A DNA stretch of 64,000 nt from Candidatus Woesearchaeota archaeon (GTDB lineage: Archaea; Nanobdellota; Nanobdellia; Pacearchaeales; GW2011-AR1), in the NCBI GenBank assembly GCA_964363345.1, contig CAYIHY010000001.1, positions 7,483-71,482 of the forward strand. Direction: 5' to 3'. Below the pieces are notes generated by a model. That model was given only the letters and a program-made list of their open reading frames with translations. It was not told the origin of the DNA and searched no databases. A program made the translations under genes and the position numbers. Shown here piece by piece: positions 57,600 to 64,000 of the stretch. The stretch's first letter is position 1. Each line of letters opens with the position of its first letter.

Positions 57600-58424
57600 A
57601 TGGGCAACAAAAAAAGATTTGATAAAATAGTTAGTGATATAAAATCTGTAAAAATTCAGGGTGCAAGAAATATTGCAAAGGCCGCTTTTTTTGCTTATTC
57701 TTTAATTCCTACAAAAAATTCTATTAAAAAGCTTCTCTCTCTCCGCCCGACAGAGCCAATGGTTGAGAAAGTTTTATCTCTCGTCGGTAAAATGTCCGAC
57801 AAAAAAATTATTGAGCATTTTGATTCCGCGCAAAATCAGATTAACAAATATGTTTTGAAATTAATAAAGCCAAATGACAGAATTTTCACTCATTGTCATT
57901 CAACAAATGTTTCTAATGCTTTGATTTTCGCAAAAAAATCCTGGGCTAAGTTTGAAGTTTACAATACTGAAACACGCCCATTATTTCAGGGAAGAAAAAC
58001 TGCAAATGAATTGAGAAAGGCAGGAATAAAAGTTACAATGTTTGTTGATTCTGCGATGGCAACTGCAATTGAAAAAGGAAATTCAAAAGATAAAGTGTTT
58101 GTTGATAAAGTTTTTCTCGGCGCTGATGCTTTGCTTACAAACGGCGTAATAAATAAAATAGGAAGCGGAATGCTCGCAGAGCTCGCATATAATCACAAAA
58201 TTCCGTTTTATGTAATTGCAGATTCATGGAAATTTTCAAAAAAGAAAGTTCCAATAGAAAACCGTAGTTTGAATGAGGTTTGGAATCGTGCGCCAAAAAA
58301 TGTTAAAATAAAAAATCCTGCTTTTGAATTTGTTCCAGAAAAATATATTTCAGGAATTGTAACTGAATTAGGAATTATGAAATATAGGGATTTTGTAAAG
58401 AAGATGAGAAAGGAGAAAAAGTAA
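57600..58424 (+). CDS. Ribose-1,5-bisphosphate isomerase-like (eIF2B alpha/beta/delta family)
   Basis: IQGA..IA, RPTEP, THCHS (catalytic Cys), ETRP..QG, GAD, NKIGS, NPAFE. Confidence 0.82.
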   Translation: MGNKKRFDKIVSDIKSVKIQGARNIAKAAFFAYSLIPTKNSIKKLLSLRPTEPMVEKVLSLVGKMSDKKIIEHFDSAQNQINKYVLKLIKPNDRIFTHCHSTNVSNALIFAKKSWAKFEVYNTETRPLFQGRKTANELRKAGIKVTMFVDSAMATAIEKGNSKDKVFVDKVFLGADALLTNGVINKIGSGMLAELAYNHKIPFYVIADSWKFSKKKVPIENRSLNEVWNRAPKNVKIKNPAFEFVPEKYISGIVTELGIMKYRDFVKKMRKEKK

Positions 58425-58425
58425 A

Positions 58426-58962
58426 ATGCCACAAGCAGTTACTCATTTTTTAATTCCTGTAATTTTGCTTGAATTATTCAGAGAACTTTTTATTATGAAG
58501 AAAAAATCTTTCCCAGTTCATTATATTTTCATCGGCGGATTAGCCGGATTAATTCCCGATTTGGACATTGCAGTTTATTATTTTCTGAGTTTTTTTGGAT
58601 TTACAATTAAGGAAGTTCACAGAACTTTTTCCCATAATTTATTTGTTCCCTTGATTTTTGTTCTTCTTGGATTATTTTTCTCAAAATTTAAGAATAAAGA
58701 ATTGGGAGAGCATCATTTAAAATTAAGCAAAATATTTTTTGTAATTGCATTTGGAATTTTTATCCATCTGCTTCTTGACGCAACAATTTCAGGAATGATA
58801 ATGCCGTTCTATCCATTTTCAACTTTGACAATCGGATTAAATTTAGTAAACCTTCTTCCCCATCCTTGGCAGTCTACAATTTTGCCTACTCTCGACGCTA
58901 TTATGCTGATTTTATGGATGATTTATTTAGAAGTAAAGCACAAAATTTCTCAGTTTATTTAA
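58426..58962 (+). CDS. Membrane-bound metal-dependent hydrolase (YdjM/DUF457)
   Basis: TH, PDLD, HRTFSH, HLLLD, FYP. Confidence 0.85.
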   Translation: MPQAVTHFLIPVILLELFRELFIMKKKSFPVHYIFIGGLAGLIPDLDIAVYYFLSFFGFTIKEVHRTFSHNLFVPLIFVLLGLFFSKFKNKELGEHHLKLSKIFFVIAFGIFIHLLLDATISGMIMPFYPFSTLTIGLNLVNLLPHPWQSTILPTLDAIMLILWMIYLEVKHKISQFI

Positions 58963-59002
58963 AATAAGGAAAGTTTAAAAATAGAGTATTTGTGATAAAT
59001 TT

Positions 59003-59380
59003 ATGAATAAATTGCAAAAAATTATTGGTATCGGAGTGACGGTTTTAGGTTTGGCAAGCTGTATGCCTCCGAAACTTGAATATTCTGGAAATATTGAGGG
59101 AGAACAAGTTGCATATTTTGAACATTTGATTTACGATGGAGATTTTTGTACTTATGATGGATTTAGCCAATATGAAATAGACATAACAAAAAAAGATGGA
59201 ACTCAAATTAAATATTTTTGTAGAAGTTCAAAAGGAGAATTAATTCTTTTTGAAAAACAAATTAATAATGGCGAAACAACACGAACTTATAACCGAGGAG
59301 AGGTACTTCATACAAATGAGATAAAATCTGGACAGAGTGAAGTTAATAATTATATAAATAAAATTAGAGAATTTAAATAA
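59003..59380 (+). CDS. Hypothetical secreted/lipoprotein-like protein
   Basis: Basic N-terminus, hydrophobic stretch, LASC lipobox-like site. Confidence 0.6.
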   Translation: MNKLQKIIGIGVTVLGLASCMPPKLEYSGNIEGEQVAYFEHLIYDGDFCTYDGFSQYEIDITKKDGTQIKYFCRSSKGELILFEKQINNGETTRTYNRGEVLHTNEIKSGQSEVNNYINKIREFK

Positions 59381-59386
59381 AAAATT

Positions 59387-60259
59387 ATGATAAAAGCAGA
59401 CTTAAAACATTGGGGAGGACGAAGAGGAGTAAACGGACCATATGAAATAGATTATGGAAGATTTGTTCAACAAGCCCGTAATAGGTTAGGAGATGGGGGA
59501 GTTGTAGGAATTCCAAATGCACGAGGACCAGATAATTTACTAGGTGCAGAATACAGATTTGAAGAACTTTATGATCTTGCAAAAAAATCAAATTCAATTA
59601 CTCCTTTAGGAGACGGAAGAGTTTTTCATGATAATGAATATAATATCTGGTTTGTTAAGTCTCAAGAAATCAATAGTAAATTTAATGAAAGAAAGTTAAC
59701 TTATTTAGCTTTTAATGTTCCTTTTGGAAAAAATTTCAAAGAATGGAATGACGAAGCTCTTTATAATGCAGAAGCAATAAATGTCTTAACTCTTCCATCT
59801 TGCATAGAACAAATAAAAACAGATACTCTGACATCTTTTCTAATGGAATATTTTGCCGGAGTCATTGTTCATTCAAGCAGTGCAGCGATTTTAAATGGAG
59901 TAAACAAACAAGCTGAAGAATCTTATAACCAATTTGTTAGGGGGAAAATCTTTGATGGGAGAAAAGGAACAATTCACCAAATCGGAGCAATTGTTGTGAG
60001 TGGAGGACATAGAACCCCTAAAGAAGGCTTACTTCAAAAAATTATTTCTCCAATTTCAATAGCTTCAAGTTATACTCCTCTTCCAGAATTTGAAGGAGAA
60101 ACTTTAGATGACTTTAACTATTGGTTAAAAACTTCAATAGAGGATTCTCAAGATACAGACAAACTTGTTAAGGGAAGTAGCATAAGAGAAATGGCTTTTC
60201 AGCATCTTCCCAGAATGATTCAAGGAGTATTAACCAGAGAAAGGAAAGCAATTAGATAA
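59387..60259 (+). CDS. Degenerate PHP-domain-like protein
   Basis: KADLKHW (cf. DLHxH), SQEI, VSGGH (cf. SDAH). Confidence 0.45.
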   Translation: MIKADLKHWGGRRGVNGPYEIDYGRFVQQARNRLGDGGVVGIPNARGPDNLLGAEYRFEELYDLAKKSNSITPLGDGRVFHDNEYNIWFVKSQEINSKFNERKLTYLAFNVPFGKNFKEWNDEALYNAEAINVLTLPSCIEQIKTDTLTSFLMEYFAGVIVHSSSAAILNGVNKQAEESYNQFVRGKIFDGRKGTIHQIGAIVVSGGHRTPKEGLLQKIISPISIASSYTPLPEFEGETLDDFNYWLKTSIEDSQDTDKLVKGSSIREMAFQHLPRMIQGVLTRERKAIR

Positions 60260-60277
60260 TTAACATTAATAAAAATT

Positions 60278-61198
60278 TTATGCAGCTCTCTCATATTGTC
60301 TTTGCTGAACATGACGATTTTCTTGCTTTTCCCAATCTTTATTAAACAATTTGTTCAACACAATCATCAAGACGTGATGAAAAATTCTGTAAATTGGAAT
60401 TGGGTGGTAATGAGTTTCAAAATTATTTTCTCTGACTTGATTATTTATTGAATCTCTAAATACTCTTTCAGAAGAATATTTTAATGATTCTGATTTGAAT
60501 ATATTGTAGCACTTTCCTATATCTTTTGGATGATGTCCATCCGCATCTGTGATTAATGGAATATTATATTTTTTAGAATATTTAATTACTTTATAATCCG
60601 CAAATGAAAATGGGAGGTAAAAATTTCCATTTCTTTCTAAAGCATCGACTTTATCAGATATTTCTTTAGGATTTTTTGATTTGGCCATAACTCCATTCTG
60701 TCCTCTTATTCCGCAAAATGGATGGTCTGCAATTTTTAATTCGCCGTCATTTGATTCTTTAAGAGTTTCATCTAATGATTTCCCATCAGAAAATTTTTTT
60801 CCTCTTTTTATTCCTGCAAAAAGCATATGCCCTTGTTCTGTTGGAACCTCTTCAGATTTTCCAATTGCTTTAACTTTCCCATCTTTTTTAACAAATGTAA
60901 AGTAATCTCCTTGTTCTATTTGATAACCCGCAAGTTTTGCAATTTCTAATTGTTCTTTTGAAGTCCAATTTTCATATCTTGAATCAGAAAAATTAGTGAC
61001 ATATAAAACATCTAGGTCTGATTTATACAATCCATTCAAAAGCTGAGACAAATTCTCAAAACCTTCAGATAAAAATAATCCTTTGATCTTATTTTTCAAT
61101 CCTTTTTGTTTTTGTCTGAATACGCTTCCAGTCTGTCCGTGATTATGAAAATCAATTCTAATTTCTTTATTTTTTGCTAATTCTTCTAATAATGTCAT
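60278..61198 (-). CDS. PHP-domain phosphoesterase
   Basis: IDFHNH, SEEV..GH, DHP, TDADGH. Confidence 0.75.
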   Translation of the reverse strand: MTLLEELAKNKEIRIDFHNHGQTGSVFRQKQKGLKNKIKGLFLSEGFENLSQLLNGLYKSDLDVLYVTNFSDSRYENWTSKEQLEIAKLAGYQIEQGDYFTFVKKDGKVKAIGKSEEVPTEQGHMLFAGIKRGKKFSDGKSLDETLKESNDGELKIADHPFCGIRGQNGVMAKSKNPKEISDKVDALERNGNFYLPFSFADYKVIKYSKKYNIPLITDADGHHPKDIGKCYNIFKSESLKYSSERVFRDSINNQVRENNFETHYHPIPIYRIFHHVLMIVLNKLFNKDWEKQENRHVQQRQYERAA

Positions 61199-61232
61199 TA
61201 CTACAGAATTAAGAAATATCTTATAAATGTTT

Positions 61233-61934
61233 CTACATATAATCTTCCGAGTTTGATTTTGGCAAATATCCCAAGACTTTTTCTAAATGAGATAAATCAA
61301 TAAATTTCTCAGAATTATCTGAAACACAAACAATATCTGCATTTTCTTCGAAGTTAATTGCTCTTTTTACTATTTCAATTAAATCTTCGTGGCTTAACCA
61401 GGTTGAAAAATCAAAAGGATAATTTGTATAAGGTTTATCTTCTGAACTAACTCCCCCCAGTCTTAAGTTTAAATATTTTATTCCAAATCCTTCACTATAA
61501 TTTTTTAATAAATTTTCACACATTATTTTTGAGATAGAATACATCCCTCTTCCTGTTCCGTCTTTCCATTCTTTAACATTTGGTTTTAGCGGAGTGTCTT
61601 TAGTGATTTTCTTTCCTTCTCGGTATAAATTATCGAAATCATAAACATGAATTGAACTTGAGAAAATAATTCTTTTAACCTCACCTGAAACACTTGCATT
61701 AAGCACATTCCACATCATTAAAACATTTTCTTCTGCTTTTTCAAAATCAATATAAGGCTGAGGATTTGCAGCTAAATGTATTGCTAAATTTGCCCCCTTA
61801 AAATATCCGGAGAGATCATCTTTTAAGATATCAATCCCAAGCTTCTTGTCAATTAAAATAAGTTCATGCTCCAACAAAGCTTTTTTAACCACTTGTCCAA
61901 CAGTTCCTTCAGAATCTGTAATTAATATTTTCAT
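61233..61934 (-). CDS. NAD-dependent epimerase/dehydratase (uronate-dehydrogenase-like extended SDR)
   Basis: ILITDSEGTVG, IHLAA, FSSS, YSISK, WLS..D; ATG 61934 overlaps the prefoldin stop. Confidence 0.8.
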   Translation of the reverse strand: MKILITDSEGTVGQVVKKALLEHELILIDKKLGIDILKDDLSGYFKGANLAIHLAANPQPYIDFEKAEENVLMMWNVLNASVSGEVKRIIFSSSIHVYDFDNLYREGKKITKDTPLKPNVKEWKDGTGRGMYSISKIMCENLLKNYSEGFGIKYLNLRLGGVSSEDKPYTNYPFDFSTWLSHEDLIEIVKRAINFEENADIVCVSDNSEKFIDLSHLEKVLGYLPKSNSEDYM

Positions 61935-62380
61935 TCTTCTTTCCCATTTTCGCACTCACATTCTCCTTCTCCGCAATGTTGACATTCGTGTGGTTGAGTT
62001 TGTTCCATCGTTCTGTTGATTTCTTTTCCCAATTCATCAAGATTATTCTCTAATTCAGTTTTTATTCCTTCTAATTTTTTAATCTGTTCTAAAATTAATT
62101 TTTTTGTATCAGGAATATTTTTCGTTACAAGATTTCCGTTTCCGATATCAACATTAAGTTCTTCAGAAATTAATTTAGCCTTTACAAAAATTCCTTTTCC
62201 TAACGGAGCATAAATTTCCTTTCCCGTATTTCCAACAAGTTCGTCCATCGCAAAATTAAGAGAAGTCAAATCAACAATTCCATTTTCAACCGCTTCAATC
62301 TGCTGCTGCATTTCTCTTATTTGTTTTTCATACATTGCAAACTTAAAATAAAGTTCCTGCTGTTCTTGTTCATTTTCCAT
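61931..62380 (-). CDS. pfdA: Prefoldin subunit alpha
   Basis: Coiled coils flanking EIYAPLGKGIFVKA...VDIGNG..V.K beta-hairpins. Confidence 0.9.
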   Translation of the reverse strand: MENEQEQQELYFKFAMYEKQIREMQQQIEAVENGIVDLTSLNFAMDELVGNTGKEIYAPLGKGIFVKAKLISEELNVDIGNGNLVTKNIPDTKKLILEQIKKLEGIKTELENNLDELGKEINRTMEQTQPHECQHCGEGECECENGKEE

Positions 62381-62414
62381 GGGAATTAGATTTAGTTTTG
62401 GCTTTTAAAAGTTA

Positions 62415-62858
62415 CTATTTTGAATTCTTAAAAAGAATTTTCATATTGTTAAATAAAACCCCTAAAACAAAGAAAATAATTATTATTAAAGAAAGTAAAA
62501 AATATACTATTCCAATATTAAAGAAAAAATAAGAATAAAAGGCAATTATTAAAAACAAAATAATTTCTCCCATCCAAGCAGTTCTAGAAAAAAATGTTTT
62601 ATCCAATTGTTTTTTCATCTTTACTTCATCTATCTTCTCCATTAATGTTATTTGAATCCTTTTCTTAGTTCCGCAACCTAAGATTGCTAAAACCGAATAA
62701 ATAAGGCAAATAAATCCAAAATACAAACTTAAAATTTTAAAAGTAAAGTTATATAAAAAAGGTTCTCCATATGAAAGATAAATTATTGCTAAAGATATTA
62801 ACACTCCTGTAGAAAAGATAGTCCAAATCTGCTTTTCATATTCTATAATGTCCGTCAT
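62415..62858 (-). CDS. Hypothetical membrane protein (about 4 TM)
   Basis: Hydrophobic ORF; ATG 62858 lies 21 nt from a TATA-like box. Confidence 0.55.
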   Translation of the reverse strand: MTDIIEYEKQIWTIFSTGVLISLAIIYLSYGEPFLYNFTFKILSLYFGFICLIYSVLAILGCGTKKRIQITLMEKIDEVKMKKQLDKTFFSRTAWMGEIILFLIIAFYSYFFFNIGIVYFLLSLIIIIFFVLGVLFNNMKILFKNSK

Positions 62859-62899
62859 AATTAACCTGTTCAAGGTAACTTTAAATCATTTATCTTCTT

Positions 62900-63451
62900 T
62901 TAAACAACCTTCATATACTTTCTAAGAAATCCACTGAATACAATCGTGAAGATAAAATAAAACCAGAACCAGCTCAAAAATCCAAAGAATATTGGATCTC
63001 CCATTGCAGTGAAAACATCAGTGAACCATCTGAAGAATAAAACAAACGGAATACCTGTAAATAAAATTGCTCTGCTGGTAAGTCTAAAAGTTCTTGGAAG
63101 AAATTCCATTTGTTTCTTCGACAATTCAGCAACTTTTTCAGGGTGGTCTTTGAATTTTTTCATTTCTTCCTGAAGAATTTTCTGTTCTGCTCTAAGTTCT
63201 TTCAATGCTTTTTGGTCTGTCGCATATTTCTGAATCAAAGTTGTTATTAATGAAATAATCAAAACAATAAGCATCATTCCCCAAGTAACATTCCAGTTTA
63301 GCAACGCTCCTGCGCTTGGATTAAGAACCGCATGAACAGAATCTTTTATAATTGGAATCTTGTCCCAATAACCTGCAATAACTAAAGAAGCAATCATTAC
63401 AATAATTATCGGAAGAAAACTTCCTTTCTTATTTTGATTTAAATTTTCCAT
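62900..63451 (-). CDS. DUF106/EMC3/TMCO1 (Oxa1-superfamily) membrane insertase
   Basis: TM-coiled coil-TM layout, WFWFY..., directly downstream of secY. Confidence 0.85.
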   Translation of the reverse strand: MENLNQNKKGSFLPIIIVMIASLVIAGYWDKIPIIKDSVHAVLNPSAGALLNWNVTWGMMLIVLIISLITTLIQKYATDQKALKELRAEQKILQEEMKKFKDHPEKVAELSKKQMEFLPRTFRLTSRAILFTGIPFVLFFRWFTDVFTAMGDPIFFGFLSWFWFYFIFTIVFSGFLRKYMKVV

Positions 63452-63487
63452 TTTATATATTTGAAGATGGTATTTTGATTTTTAAAT

Positions 63488-64000
63488 TTACGTCTTCATG
63501 AACTTTCTGAATGCGGGATTCATATCTGTCTGATGCTGCTGAACAATGTTCTGATAGAACTGGAAGAATATCATGATTACCAAAAGAATCGCTGTTCCGG
63601 AAACTAACGCGCCCATAAGGTTTGTCACCGACGCCAAAAGCCCAATTGCAATTCCACCCATCACTGTTAACGGCATTACATATCTTTCAAGTATGCTTTC
63701 TAAAACTCTTTCATCCTGTCTGAATCCTGCGATTTGCAATCCGGATGCTGTAATTTTGTGCGCCTGCGCTTTAGCATCCATTCCAGAAGTTTTAACCCAG
63801 AAGACAGCGAATACCGTCGACAAAACAACATAAATAAATGTGTGAGTCAATCCCTGAAGAAGATATTTAGGCAAAAGTCCGCCTCTGATTATTAATTCTA
63901 AAAGATTGCTTGAACCCATCCAGAATGATAATCCTGAAACTGGCTGTCCGTTTATGAAGTGTCCTAAAAATCCAAAGTATGATGCAAATTTAGCGACGCC
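63488..64000 (-). CDS. secY: Preprotein translocase subunit SecY (3' part; gene starts beyond the window)
   Basis: Frame open to the window edge (..GQPVSGL..); FWVKTSGMD, IAGFR.D, RYV..LTV.GG, SGTAILL. Confidence 0.95.
   Translation of the reverse strand, partial: GVAKFASYFGFLGHFINGQPVSGLSFWMGSSNLLELIIRGGLLPKYLLQGLTHTFIYVVLSTVFAVFWVKTSGMDAKAQAHKITASGLQIAGFRQDERVLESILERYVMPLTVMGGIAIGLLASVTNLMGALVSGTAILLVIMIFFQFYQNIVQQHQTDMNPAFRKFMKT

Noticed and set aside
2377..63833. Numerous 60-136 aa ORFs antisense to or nested in long genes (e.g. 9232-9612, 10170-10544, 16380-16736, 31281-31691, 41627-41977)
   Set aside because: They are shadow ORFs overlapping well-supported genes, with no motifs or promoter spacing.
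1..64000. CRISPR arrays, tRNA/rRNA genes, transposases, integrases
   Set aside because: I saw no regularly spaced direct repeats, GC-rich structural RNA segments or recombinase motifs by eye; a tRNAscan/Rfam run would be needed to exclude small RNAs.

Overview
AT-rich, gene-dense archaeal DNA. Archaeal markers include AglB/STT3, an AglH/Alg7-like GlcNAc-1-P transferase, prefoldin alpha, SecY followed by a DUF106/EMC3-like gene, and an R15P-isomerase-like eIF2B-family gene. The style suggests a DPANN lineage such as Pacearchaeota or Woesearchaeota, which is an inference. About 1-56.6 kb is one very large surface-glycosylation locus ending at aglB. It encodes a flippase, GDP-perosamine and dTDP-sugar enzymes, many glycosyltransferases, four SAM methyltransferases, six B12-binding radical SAM proteins and an NDP-heptose module. 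The most unusual part (12.2-18.4 kb) is a co-oriented gene set built around a divergent sugar-phosphate cyclase fused to a VOC epimerase domain. It also has an SDR, a MOFRL kinase, a cytidylyltransferase, a CDP-alcohol phosphotransferase and a divergent GAPDH, which suggests a cyclitol-phosphate activation and transfer pathway. Other notable items are a DegT aminotransferase-B12 radical SAM fusion, a 64-aa single-domain IF5A-like protein and a deoxyhypusine-synthase-like gene in the heptose operon. There is also a queC/yhhQ/NDT-hydrolase deazaguanine module and a palindrome-rich 25.8-26.0 kb intergenic element. A TATA-like 8-mer sits exactly 21 nt before many start codons, and two divergent gene pairs share one central TATA box. 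I saw no tRNA, rRNA, CRISPR array or transposase. All family calls come from motif recognition by eye; no searches were run.
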